A stretch of DNA of 64,000 nt from an uncultured delta proteobacterium (GTDB lineage: Bacteria > Desulfobacterota > Desulfobacteria > Desulfobacterales > SG8-13): assembly GCA_963848135.1 (NCBI GenBank), contig CAWKCK010000003.1, positions 124,001-188,000 of the forward strand, given 5' to 3'. The notes under the pieces are model-generated. The model was not told the origin of the DNA and did no database searches. It saw nothing but the letters and a program-made list of their open reading frames with translations. Positions 1-9,547 of this stretch are shown here, piece by piece; the first letter of the stretch is position 1; every line of letters starts with the position of its first letter. The position numbers and the translations under genes were made by a program.

Positions 1-644
1 TCCTTGAGTCTCGCGATCGATTTCTTGAAATGCGCCCGCATCATCTCTTCGGCCTTCTCGACATTTTTTTGGCAGATCGCATCGATTATGGCCCGATGCT
101 CCACGATGGTTTCATTTGGCGAGCGGACGAGTCCTTCGGACGACACCACCTGATAGGAAAAACTGATGATATTGTATGTCTGGAGAATGTTTTTTAAGAA
201 CTCTTTGGCCCCGATTTCGGTAACATAATTATGAAAACTACGGTCTTCTCGGGCATAGCCGCTGATATCGGTGATGACGCCGGAATTTGTAAAGGAATTA
301 AAGAATCCTTTTAATTTTCTGCTTTTTGATTCGGTGATGTAAAGTGCGGCCCGCCGGGCCGCAAGGCCTTCCAATACCTCCCGGAGTTCAAAGATACTGA
401 CCATCTCCTGCTTGGTAAAAAAACGGACAAAGAACCCGCGCCGGGGTTTGGCTTCGACCAGTTTCTCTTTCTCGAGATATTTGAGCGCACTCACGAGGGG
501 GGTGCGACTGATGCCCAATTCATGCGCCAGTTTTTCCTGGGGAATTTTGTCCCCCGGCAACAGTTTGCGCTCGATGATCATCTGTTTGATGATCTGGTAA
601 GCCTTCTGATCCAGGTTCGCGTGCATGCGGCCTAAATTTTCCAT
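1..644 (-). CDS. GntR family transcriptional regulator (FadR/FCD type), 3' end runs off the window
   Basis: Not in the ORF track. Hand translation from ATG 644 gives MENLGRMHANLDQKAYQIIKQMIIERKLLPGDKIPQEKLAHELGISRTPLVSALKYLEKEKLVEAKPRRGFFV, a GntR winged HTH. GGAGG RBS upstream. Confidence 0.92.
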   Translation of the reverse strand, partial: MENLGRMHANLDQKAYQIIKQMIIERKLLPGDKIPQEKLAHELGISRTPLVSALKYLEKEKLVEAKPRRGFFVRFFTKQEMVSIFELREVLEGLAARRAALYITESKSRKLKGFFNSFTNSGVITDISGYAREDRSFHNYVTEIGAKEFLKNILQTYNIISFSYQVVSSEGLVRSPNETIVEHRAIIDAICQKNVEKAEEMMRAHFKKSIARLK

Positions 645-720
645 TGATCAGACTTTCCTCCGGTTCGCTATCGGTATCCATCGCATCTTGATTGATGAAA
701 TCTACAGATTTACAATCTCA

Positions 721-750
721 TATTTGTATTTTGCATACAAAATTCAAATA
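721..750. promoter_or_regulatory. Palindromic operator, probable GntR autoregulatory site
   Basis: TATTTGTATTTTGCATACAAAATTCAAATA matches its own reverse complement at 26/30 positions. The core TTGCATACAA resembles GntR/FadR boxes. It lies about 80 nt upstream of the gntR start. Confidence 0.6.
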
Positions 751-799
751 TAGGAATCAGTATGGGGTGTCAACAATTTTGTTGGATAAAATTTAACTG

Positions 800-1777
800 T
801 CAAAAGGAATTGATCATCACGAGCAACAGCGGCAGCACGACGATGAGCAAGGTTGTGGTGAAAAACCAGCAGGAGTTGGCCAGGTCGAGGTCAAGATCGA
901 ATATAGACGGCGGTATGAGGGCATTGAAGGCCACCGGCATGGCGGAAAGGATCATTACAACCTTGAGGGGCAAACCATTATCAATCGTTCCATATCCGAG
1001 GAGGTATGCCAGTGTTGTTATGCATACCGGAACGATGAAAAATTTAATCGAGGATACGATCAAACATTCGCGAAAATAGTTACGGACGCTTCTGAACCTC
1101 ATCGCCAGACCGATCGAGACCAGAAGCAACGTCGTTCCCACCGGAATGAAAACAGAATTGATGGTCTTAAAATAAGCGGGCCGCGGAAGTCCGGACACGT
1201 TGAGAAGTGCGCCAATCGTAATGCTGGCTAACGCAACGACGATGAAGGGATCTCTGGCAAGATCCTTGAGGCGATCGCGGGTGCGCTCCGTTTTGCGGTC
1301 AGCGCGACTGTAAAACTTGGCCACCGGAAAACCAATGGCGTAATAGCTGAGCTCCTCAAAAATTTTGTAAATCGGAACCAGAGCGAACCCTTTTTCACCG
1401 AGGAAGATGAAGCAGACCAGGGCGCCGATGGATCCGATATTGGTAAAGGCCCCACAGGGAATCAAGGCACCGGTCTTTCGCGGTTCAAGCCTTATGGCGC
1501 GGGCAGCCCCCCATGCCAGAACGCCGCCCAAGGTTATTGCTGTAAATCCGATAAAAGGCAGGGCCGCAATCGAAACCGCCTTGATGTTGACGATCCAGAT
1601 GGCTCCCAGTACCGTTATCGGCAGAAAGAACAACAGGGCAAATTTCTGTAATAGTTTTCGAATCGTGTCCAGGGGTACCGGCAAACGAAGGACGCCGCGA
1701 TTGGAAAAAATCTGAATAGTATAACCCAAGGCGACGCCAAAGAAGATGAGACTGAAAGAATAGGCGAATTTGGTCAT
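800..1777 (-). CDS. AEC (auxin efflux carrier/malate permease) family transporter
   Basis: About 10 hydrophobic segments; FTNIGSIG and C-terminal ILSAMPVAFN motifs typical of the AEC family. Confidence 0.8.
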   Translation of the reverse strand: MTKFAYSFSLIFFGVALGYTIQIFSNRGVLRLPVPLDTIRKLLQKFALLFFLPITVLGAIWIVNIKAVSIAALPFIGFTAITLGGVLAWGAARAIRLEPRKTGALIPCGAFTNIGSIGALVCFIFLGEKGFALVPIYKIFEELSYYAIGFPVAKFYSRADRKTERTRDRLKDLARDPFIVVALASITIGALLNVSGLPRPAYFKTINSVFIPVGTTLLLVSIGLAMRFRSVRNYFRECLIVSSIKFFIVPVCITTLAYLLGYGTIDNGLPLKVVMILSAMPVAFNALIPPSIFDLDLDLANSCWFFTTTLLIVVLPLLLVMINSF

Positions 1778-2075
1778 GAATGTCCTTTACATTGCAGGTG
1801 GTCTGCAGAGGGTGGTGCTGAAAGATGTCCTTTTAATTGATATCACCGAATATTGCAAATAGCAGCCAGGCCAGCTGCCGCCGAGGCCCTCAAGGAACGC
1901 TTCCGTCTCCATACGCTGTTGACAGAAGGTTATTCGATTATCTAAACTCCACCCTGATAAAAGAAACAGCCGGGTGTCGAGTTATCAGCCTATTTTTCGG
2001 CCGAGATAATGACAAGCGGATATGTAACCCACCAACATGAGAACGGATATTTTCCGATTAGAGAGTTTGCACACT

Positions 2076-2906
2076 ATGAATAATACCCAGCGCCGCAAAA
2101 TTATCGTTGCCGTAGCACCGGTGGGAAAAGGCGATCCGCCGATTGACGGCAACCCCTTGAGCCCTGAAGAAGTGGCCCGGTCGGTCGTTGATTGTGCCCG
2201 AGCCGGGGCCTCGATGGTGCACTTGCACGTTCGAGATGCCACAGGGCAGCAAACGGCCGAGTTGGGTGCGTTTTCTTACACACTTGACCTTATCCGCAAG
2301 GAATCCGACATTATCGTTCAGGGATCCACCGGCGGGATAGCCGACCTGTCGCTCGAAGAGCGCTGTGTCGCCGTCGATGAACCCAGGGTCGAGGTGGCGT
2401 CGCTAAATATGGGGTCGGCCAATTTCAAGGAAACCGTTTACATCAACACGTTACCGGACATCCGTTATTGGGCCGGCCGAATGCGTCAAAACGGGGTTGT
2501 GCCCGAGCTCGAGATTTTTGAAGCCGGTATGATCCCGGCCGCCTTTCGCCTGATCCGCGAAGAGGCCATCACGTCCCCGTACTATTTCAATGTCTGCCTG
2601 GGGTTTCACCACGCTCTGCCGGCCGCTCCGACCAGCCTGTACTTCCTTAAATCCATGATACCGTCGGAAAGCCCCTGGGGTCTGGTTCACGACGGCATGA
2701 CCGACCTGTCACTGCTGGCAGCTGCCATTGGTTTGGGTGCATCCATCGTGCGGGTGGGGTTTGAAGATAGTATTTTTTTTGCACCGGGTGAATCGGCACG
2801 AAGCAATGCGGAGCTGGTGGAGAATCTGGGCGGCATGATTCGCCGCATGGGGTGCGCGTTGGCCTCACCGGAGGAAGCCAGGCGCATACTTAGTGTCCAT
2901 CGATAA
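2076..2906 (+). CDS. Beta-keto acid cleavage enzyme (BKACE/DUF849, Kce-like)
   Basis: AGASMVHLHVRD (Zn HxH), QGSTGG, ASLNMGS, PELEIFE and RVGFED motifs; start could be 2037. Confidence 0.9.
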   Translation: MNNTQRRKIIVAVAPVGKGDPPIDGNPLSPEEVARSVVDCARAGASMVHLHVRDATGQQTAELGAFSYTLDLIRKESDIIVQGSTGGIADLSLEERCVAVDEPRVEVASLNMGSANFKETVYINTLPDIRYWAGRMRQNGVVPELEIFEAGMIPAAFRLIREEAITSPYYFNVCLGFHHALPAAPTSLYFLKSMIPSESPWGLVHDGMTDLSLLAAAIGLGASIVRVGFEDSIFFAPGESARSNAELVENLGGMIRRMGCALASPEEARRILSVHR

Positions 2907-3128
2907 TGGACCATTTCCCGTTGGGTCCCGCCACAGGCAGAATTATCTGTATGGTTCCATCTGCGGCGTACAAAAAGTAAGCCTTGCCTCAAATCTTTTG
3001 CCCAGCGAAAAAAATGCTCATTTATGAATTTGACACTCGATATTACAATCACTATTTGCGGACGAACACTACTTAACACTCCCGGCCGTGAGAAATAATG
3101 CCGGCCGGTTTGGGGTGAAAAAGAGCCA

Positions 3129-3923
3129 TCATTTTGAATACCCCTCTCTTCCCCGTGGAATCACCTGTGGCAGCGAAGATCGCATCACCCGGTCGGCCTC
3201 GCGGTAAGTTTCCGGGCTACCGATGTCGAGTCGCCGGGCATCGAGCCTGAAGGCGGTTACCGGTTCTTTCTGGCAGAGGTAATCGATATAATATCCCGGC
3301 GCATCGACCGGACCGCAACATTCCAGGAACTCATCCAAAACGACCCGGGCAGAGGATCGCAGAAAGTACAGGGGAGGACAAATCCAGCCAGGTGTTGGGC
3401 GGTCTGGTTTTTCGAGCAGCCGCATTACGCGGTCGTTGTCACCGAAAACCGGCACGCCGCTTCTTTTCAGGATTTCCTCATTGTTTTCCGCCAGTGCCAC
3501 GATGCTGTGATCCGTCCCGGAAACGAACCGACCCCATAGTTCATGAACACTGAAAAGATAGATATTATCGCTAGCTGATACCAGTACCGGGCCGGTGGTT
3601 GACGAACGGCGAAATGCCAGCTGGAGATCGACACAGGCACCGAGACGGCTCTCCACACTTGACGCACCGTCGCTGTGAACGATGATGTTTAGATGGTTGG
3701 AATCCGTGCGGTTCAGCCGGGACTGACGCCAACGATGGAAATGGGTGGCAAACTTTTCGTTGGTGACGATATGGATGCCTTCCAAATCAGGCAACGCGGC
3801 CGTTTGGTCGACCAGGTAGTCGAGGACTGGCTTCCCGCCCACCGGAAGCAGGGGTTTGGGAAAACCGGCGGTCAGCGGGTACATGCGGGTTGCAAATCCG
3901 GCGCACAGCAGGATCGCTATCAT
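3129..3923 (-). CDS. Sugar-phosphate nucleotidyltransferase (NTP_transferase family)
   Basis: LCAGFATRMYPLTAGFPKPLLPVGGKP, LEKP and LDIGS motifs; GGAGG RBS before ATG 3923. Confidence 0.88.
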   Translation of the reverse strand: MIAILLCAGFATRMYPLTAGFPKPLLPVGGKPVLDYLVDQTAALPDLEGIHIVTNEKFATHFHRWRQSRLNRTDSNHLNIIVHSDGASSVESRLGACVDLQLAFRRSSTTGPVLVSASDNIYLFSVHELWGRFVSGTDHSIVALAENNEEILKRSGVPVFGDNDRVMRLLEKPDRPTPGWICPPLYFLRSSARVVLDEFLECCGPVDAPGYYIDYLCQKEPVTAFRLDARRLDIGSPETYREADRVMRSSLPQVIPRGREGYSK

Positions 3924-3976
3924 GCATCCAACCTCCACCGGGTGTTAAAATGAAAGAAAGAAAGGTGGCCGGAGCG

Positions 3977-4291
3977 TTATTTTTTCACGATCTGTTTATC
4001 GAGCTGACCGGCAATATCGAGGGCGATGTTCATGGCATCATTGATTTTAAACAGCATCACTTTCAGCGTTTTCAGTGACGCCGGTGTGGCCACAATCTCT
4101 TCCTTCCCGCCCAGCAGGGTTTGAAGCCGTAGAGACCGGTCGGTGAATCCATTCAGCTTCGTTGCGAAAACACCGATTTCATCGGCCCATTTTATCCGTT
4201 CTTCTTCCGGAAATACGACGTGGTTGTTCCCCATTCCCTCTTCCAGAACATCGATGCCGTAATCTTTAGGATCTGCGATTATTTCCCACAT
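3977..4291 (-). CDS. Hypothetical protein (104 aa)
   Basis: Purine-rich GGAGAAAGGA upstream, protein-like composition, ends 53 nt before the nucleotidyltransferase on the same strand. Confidence 0.7.
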   Translation of the reverse strand: MWEIIADPKDYGIDVLEEGMGNNHVVFPEEERIKWADEIGVFATKLNGFTDRSLRLQTLLGGKEEIVATPASLKTLKVMLFKINDAMNIALDIAGQLDKQIVKK

Positions 4292-4812
4292 TTTTCAATC
4301 ATCCTTTCTCCAGGCGATCGGTGGCCTCGAATTGATACGTTATGGTGCACATAGTTACCATCCAATACTTACAGCTTCCCACCCAGGGAAACAAGTGCTT
4401 TTTTGATGTACACACGTCCGTTATTTATCACCCCAACATACGATGGCATTGCGGAATTCAGGTGTGCAATGTTATAATGAGCTTTTTAAAAATAGTCACC
4501 CCAGTACAATATCCCGAACAATTCATGAAATCTTTTCACCAAGCGGCCAAAGATAAGTAATATCGGGGCATTGGTCAAACTTATAAACCGCATAACCGAG
4601 TGACACTTTGTACCTCCCCAAGATCTAATGAAAAAATTGGAAAGATTGCACCCTTCGGGTCAACCGGAGACTCCAATGGCCCTGCGTTATTCGAGGATCG
4701 CGTTAGACGACTACAGCATCACCTCGAAATGCCTTGGCCATAGAAGCCTCCAATTGATGAGATTTCCGGGATAGAATGACAACCCTTATTTGAATGCGAG
4801 AATGAATAAAAA

Positions 4813-5844
4813 ATGGAACTCCATTTTACGCACACTAACGGCCCTGCAGATGACGCCATTGATCGGCTGATGGAATTGGTGGGGGGAATAGAGCGCCAGG
4901 AGATCGTCCGTGAAATGATACTGGCGGCCCTCAAAGCCGGCCAGGAAGACGATCAGCAAGCTGACTTAAAACTGATGAACACCTCGCTGAAGGAAATGCG
5001 TTTTACCGCCAAGGTGTTCGGCCCCTACCGGCATGTCAAAAAGGTTACCGTATTCGGATCGGCCCGCACCAGGCCCGATGAGCCGTTATATAGTATGGCC
5101 CGGGAAATGGGCCGTCAACTTGTCGCGAACGGGTACATGGTGATTACGGGCGGTGGACCGGGCATCATGCAAGCGGTCAACGAGGGCGCAGGTATCGATC
5201 ACTCTTTTGGTGTCAATATCCGCCTCCCTTTCGAACAGAAGCCCAATCCGGTCATCGAAGGTAACCCCCGCTACATCATGTACAAATATTTTTTCAACCG
5301 CAAGGTGGCCTTTTTGAAAGAGGCCCATGCGGTCATCCTGTTTCCCGGCGGATTCGGAACTCTCGACGAAGCCATGGAAAGTATTACCCTGCTTCAAACC
5401 GGTAAGCGCTATTCCCTGCCGCTCATCCTGATCGAGGAGCCCGAGGGAAAATACTGGACCCAGTGCCTGGCGTTTTTCAAGAACGAGCTCTTGCAGCGCG
5501 GTTTCATCAGTGATACTGACTTTACCCTCTTTGAACGCGCGGATTCGATTGAAAAAGCCATTAAAAGGATCAACCGCTTTTACCGTTGTTATCACAGCTT
5601 GCGCTATGTCAAAGATCAGCTGGTCATCCGTTTAAATGCGCCTCCCAAACCGGAACGCATTCGGGAACTAAAAGGGCAATTCACCGACATCCTCAGGCCC
5701 GATGGAGACATGACCCTTGCGGCGGCCTTTCCCGATGAAGATGACGAGCCGGAAATTGCCCATCTGCCGCGCCTGGTGGTCGATTTTAATCAGGGAAATT
5801 TCGGACGGTTGCGTCAATTTATCGACGCACTCAACGCTGATTAA
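4813..5844 (+). CDS. LOG family (TIGR00730-like) nucleotide phosphoribohydrolase, long form
   Basis: VTVFGSAR, ITGGGPGIM, YFFNRK and PGGFGTLDE motifs. Confidence 0.9.
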   Translation: MELHFTHTNGPADDAIDRLMELVGGIERQEIVREMILAALKAGQEDDQQADLKLMNTSLKEMRFTAKVFGPYRHVKKVTVFGSARTRPDEPLYSMAREMGRQLVANGYMVITGGGPGIMQAVNEGAGIDHSFGVNIRLPFEQKPNPVIEGNPRYIMYKYFFNRKVAFLKEAHAVILFPGGFGTLDEAMESITLLQTGKRYSLPLILIEEPEGKYWTQCLAFFKNELLQRGFISDTDFTLFERADSIEKAIKRINRFYRCYHSLRYVKDQLVIRLNAPPKPERIRELKGQFTDILRPDGDMTLAAAFPDEDDEPEIAHLPRLVVDFNQGNFGRLRQFIDALNAD

Positions 5845-5877
5845 CTGAAGGCTTGTATTCAGCAGAACAATACAAAT

Positions 5878-6375
5878 CTATGGCTTCATCTCTTGCAGGA
5901 TTTGCTTGACCAGGTTGCCATCGGCCTGTTTACCGAAATGCTTCATGATAGGTCCCATCGCCTGCATCGGGCTCTTAATTTGGGCAAAATCAATGTTTGC
6001 CTTAATCCAGGCCGTAATTTCCTTTCTGGCGACCATTTGCGGTAAATATCGATCCAAAGTCTGCAGATACTCGGACGTCTCCTCCTGTTTGGCCTCCAGG
6101 ACGATTTTTTCGCTTTTCATGAGCTTGCGGATGATGTCGAGCACATCGTCGTCGGTTATCTCGGCCGGCTTTTTGGGCCGCGTTGTCTTCTTGCCGCTTT
6201 CCATAGTGATGGGCACTGTGAGACCGGGAAATTCGGACATTATCTGCCGCAGAGCATCCCTGACGCCATGGTCTTTGTTTTTCAGAGCGGTCTTGAGGTC
6301 GAGCCTGATCTTTCCGTGCAAAGTCGACCCGGATTTCTGGTCCCAGCCGTACGCGGATTGCTTTTGAACAGACAT
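5878..6375 (-). CDS. GatB/YqeY domain protein
   Basis: DLKTALKNKD...ITDDDVLDIIRK...LDRYLPQM...MGPIMKHF...ADGNLVKQIL pattern; AAAGGAG RBS before ATG 6375. Confidence 0.85.
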   Translation of the reverse strand: MSVQKQSAYGWDQKSGSTLHGKIRLDLKTALKNKDHGVRDALRQIMSEFPGLTVPITMESGKKTTRPKKPAEITDDDVLDIIRKLMKSEKIVLEAKQEETSEYLQTLDRYLPQMVARKEITAWIKANIDFAQIKSPMQAMGPIMKHFGKQADGNLVKQILQEMKP

Positions 6376-6428
6376 CGTCGACTCCTTTTCTATGCGTTTT
6401 GAATTCTTTAGCAATAAGAAGTGGTGCG

Positions 6429-6651
6429 AAAAGAAAACCCTGCCGCCGGATGGACCGGAAGCGACCAACCGATCGTCAATGACTGCGCCTTTCCGCTGAG
6501 CATGTCATTAGAAGGCATCTCAATAAAAGTCTTTCCGCCCGATATCGGCGTTGAGACCTCGTCTCAAGACCTCTATTTACTCGCGTATGCCCTGCGGGTT
6601 GCGACCCACAAGGAAGAAACGATCAGGCGGAAAGTTCCGCGCAGCGGGGTT
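6429..6651 (-). ncRNA. Candidate structured RNA (multi-stem, possible pseudoknot) upstream of the yqeY-like gene
   Basis: Six nested stems plus a crossing 10-bp helix. Most imperfect pairs are G-U on the minus strand. A U-rich tail follows the closing stem. Confidence 0.6.
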
Positions 6652-6795
6652 CCTTGAACTCGCTCTGATCTCGACCGAAAATCCAAACTTTGTTATAGCT
6701 TCTAATATTTTTACGTAACACGTCCGAAATAAACTTCCACTAAAGAATTCAGATGCCGAGACCGGTTTCAATCGACCCTGTTAATCACTATACTT

Positions 6796-7422
6796 TCAAG
6801 CTGTGACTTTGTAGAGGCAAATCTTGCATTTGGAACCCTCCTGTCGGATATAGTCAGTGGTGGTAAATTCCTGCCGCTTCCATGCGTCGTTAGATTCCAA
6901 ATCCCGTATCTTGGTGCGGTAATCACCCTCTTCCCAGGCTTGTTCCCGCACTGTAAAACAAATATACCCTTCGGGTTTGGTAATTCGAACGAGTTCATCT
7001 AAAGCCTCAGCGCCCACATGACCACAGGTGAAGGTGCCCACACTAATGACCGCATCGTAAGTATCGTCAGCGGTGTCGAGCTTTTGGGTCAGATCGCCCT
7101 GCTTCAACGTATCGTAAATGTGCTTTTCCCTGGCCCTGTCCAGCATCTGCTGAGAGTAATCCACACCCTCGATGTTGCCGTAACCATCTCGATGCAGGCA
7201 TTCCCCAACGATGCCGGTGCCGCAGCCGGCATCCAGAATGCGGGCGTCCTTGCGGATCACATATCTCTGCAGCAGTTTGCTGGTGATCATCGGTGCGACA
7301 TAGTCCATTTCGCCCAGAAGATCGTTGTCGTATTTGTCCGCCCATTCGCCGTATGCGGCCATGAGTTCTTCTTTGCTCGATGCTTTAAGGACCCTCTCAT
7401 GAATTTCTTTACGCTTGTTCAT
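6796..7422 (-). CDS. Class I SAM-dependent methyltransferase
   Basis: ILDAGCGTG motif I, GVDYS, YDAVISVGTF, KPEGYICF. Confidence 0.88.
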   Translation of the reverse strand: MNKRKEIHERVLKASSKEELMAAYGEWADKYDNDLLGEMDYVAPMITSKLLQRYVIRKDARILDAGCGTGIVGECLHRDGYGNIEGVDYSQQMLDRAREKHIYDTLKQGDLTQKLDTADDTYDAVISVGTFTCGHVGAEALDELVRITKPEGYICFTVREQAWEEGDYRTKIRDLESNDAWKRQEFTTTDYIRQEGSKCKICLYKVTA

Positions 7423-7494
7423 TGGACTCTCGTCACGTTGTCGTGCATGGGCACCATCTAAGAGTTAAAAAGTTAGGACCGCGGTTTATGATCT

Positions 7495-7527
7495 AAAAAG
7501 CCCGAAGCCGAGACGTCGACTCCGGGC
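7495..7527 (-). terminator. Intrinsic terminator after proX
   Basis: Minus strand GCCCGGAGTCGA-CGTC-TCGGCTTCGGGC followed by TTTTT. Confidence 0.75.
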
Positions 7528-7554
7528 CCGATGGTTTATCCCTACAACCAAAAT

Positions 7555-8589
7555 CTATTTGGCCGCTTTGCGTGCCTCTGCAAGCCAGCCATTCCATTTG
7601 TCCGTGTTTTTCGCGATCCACTCTTCCACGTGACGTTCGATGTCCTTCTGAGATTTTTCCCCTTCGTTCATACGGGTGTTTTGCCCGTTGATGTCTGACA
7701 GGGGAAGAGCAAACACCTCGAAGAACTTCTTGGCGGCCGGATTCTTCTCGACAAATTCCTTGTTAGCAACAATTCGAATATCAGAAACGACAAACCCGAG
7801 TTTCACAGGGTCGCTAACCGCACCTTCAACACCATCAACCGTCATTCGTTCTTCAGCAGGTTTCTGCGCATCGGTCGGCATGATTTCGGGTACATTAATC
7901 CACATCACATCCTGGCCGGGTTTGAGTTTATAGACCGTCCAGTTGGGCGTCCAGGTATAGAAGAAGACTGGCCCCCCGCTTTTGTAGTTTCCCAGGGCGG
8001 AGGCCATGCCGGCTTCATATGCCGCCTTGACCGGATTGATGTGATCTTCGAGACCGTAAACTTTCATGTGATGTCCAATGACTTGCTCGCATCCCCAGCC
8101 CGGTGGGCAAGCGGTCAAATCAGCTTTACCGTCACCGTCTGTGTCAAAAGCCTTTTTGACTTCGTCGCGCTTGAAATCATCCAACGATTTAATGTTGAAC
8201 TTATCGACCTCTTTTTTGGAAACCAGGTAACCCTGCAAACCGCCGGCCTTGACGACGTAACCGACCGTTTCGGCCTTATCGTCAAACCCCTTGGGTAGCT
8301 GGGCGTTGTGCATGGGGAACCAACCATTGGTCCAGTAATCCAAATCGCCGAGGGCGACGGACTTGTAAAAAATCGGATTCGCCAGGTCCTTTGCGTTTTT
8401 GACTTTGTAACCCATCTCTTCCAGGGCACGGCGCACCAGAGCTTCTTGAAAAAATCCGGTATTCCATGTGGCGCGTGCGGGCTGAACCGTAACACCCTTA
8501 CCCGGGGTCATGTCGTCCGCGGATGCAGGAATGACAGTGAGCGTCAGACAAACAAAGACTGTGATCAATAATCTTGGTAACAATTGCAT
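7555..8589 (-). CDS. proX: Glycine betaine/L-proline ABC transporter substrate-binding protein
   Basis: Signal peptide; GLQGYLVSKK, ACPPGWGC and FFYTWTPNW motifs; GGAGG RBS; operon context. Confidence 0.92.
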   Translation of the reverse strand: MQLLPRLLITVFVCLTLTVIPASADDMTPGKGVTVQPARATWNTGFFQEALVRRALEEMGYKVKNAKDLANPIFYKSVALGDLDYWTNGWFPMHNAQLPKGFDDKAETVGYVVKAGGLQGYLVSKKEVDKFNIKSLDDFKRDEVKKAFDTDGDGKADLTACPPGWGCEQVIGHHMKVYGLEDHINPVKAAYEAGMASALGNYKSGGPVFFYTWTPNWTVYKLKPGQDVMWINVPEIMPTDAQKPAEERMTVDGVEGAVSDPVKLGFVVSDIRIVANKEFVEKNPAAKKFFEVFALPLSDINGQNTRMNEGEKSQKDIERHVEEWIAKNTDKWNGWLAEARKAAK

Positions 8590-8635
8590 AAAAACCTCCT
8601 TGGTTGATTGATTTAATGGAGCCGACAAATGTTTT

Positions 8636-9481
8636 TCATTTGTGGGCTCGTTTTTTCAGTTGCGCCATGGACTGGGTGACCCGATCGAGCACGATTGCCA
8701 TCAACACGATGCTCAGCCCACCGATGACGGCCCGGCCGATATCCAGGGTGTTCAACCCCAGAATTACCGGTGATCCCAACCCGCCGGCGCCGATGAGCGC
8801 CGCAATCACGACCATCGACAGTGCCATCATGATGGTCTGGTTGAGTCCGGCGAGGATTGTGGGCATGGCCAGGGGCACCTGAACCCGGGTCAGCACCTGC
8901 CAGTTGGTGGCGCCAAAGGCCTGTGCGGCTTCCACCAACTCGGGATGGACTTGCCGGATACCCAGGCTGGTCAGGCGGATGATCGGCGGCAAGGCAAAGA
9001 TGATGGTGGCCAAAACACCGGCCACGTTGCCGACCGAGAAGAGCATGACAATGGGAACCAGGTATACGAACGCCGGCGTGGTTTGCATGGCGTCCAGAAC
9101 TGGGCGGATCGTGGCCTCGAAGGCATCATTCCGGCCGGCCCAGATACCGAGCGGTATACCTGCTATGGCGCAGAAAAAGACTGATGACAGCACCATGGCC
9201 AATGTCGTCATGGTATCTTCCCAAAGGCCGAGCAGCCCGATAATCGTCATGGTGATGATTGTGAAAATGGCCAGGCCTTTGCCGGAAAACCGCCAGGCCG
9301 CAAAAGCAATAGCCGCAATAACAATTAATGGTGAAAGCGCATTCAAACCGGCATCGAGTCCGTTCAGGGTCTGCTCCACCGGCCATTTGATGGCCTGAAA
9401 AAAATCCCGGTGGTTATCGACCAGCCAGTCGACAAACTGTGACACCCATGCATCGAGCGGAATTACTTTATCTTCAAACAT
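8636..9481 (-). CDS. proW: Glycine betaine/L-proline ABC transporter permease
   Basis: RPVLDAMQTTPAFVYLVP, ELVEAAQAFG (EAA loop), AGLNQTIMMALSM. Confidence 0.95.
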   Translation of the reverse strand: MFEDKVIPLDAWVSQFVDWLVDNHRDFFQAIKWPVEQTLNGLDAGLNALSPLIVIAAIAFAAWRFSGKGLAIFTIITMTIIGLLGLWEDTMTTLAMVLSSVFFCAIAGIPLGIWAGRNDAFEATIRPVLDAMQTTPAFVYLVPIVMLFSVGNVAGVLATIIFALPPIIRLTSLGIRQVHPELVEAAQAFGATNWQVLTRVQVPLAMPTILAGLNQTIMMALSMVVIAALIGAGGLGSPVILGLNTLDIGRAVIGGLSIVLMAIVLDRVTQSMAQLKKRAHK

Positions 9482-9547
9482 AGTTCCTCTCTACGATTAG
9501 ACCTTTGGCCCAAACAAAAAATGGTTCGTGTTTTTTTTAACCGATGT

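Noticed and set aside
6436..6651. Assignment of the structured element as 6S, SRP, RNase P, T-box or lysine riboswitch
   Set aside because: It lacks the diagnostic sequences and topology I recall for these families, so it is kept as unassigned pending an Rfam search
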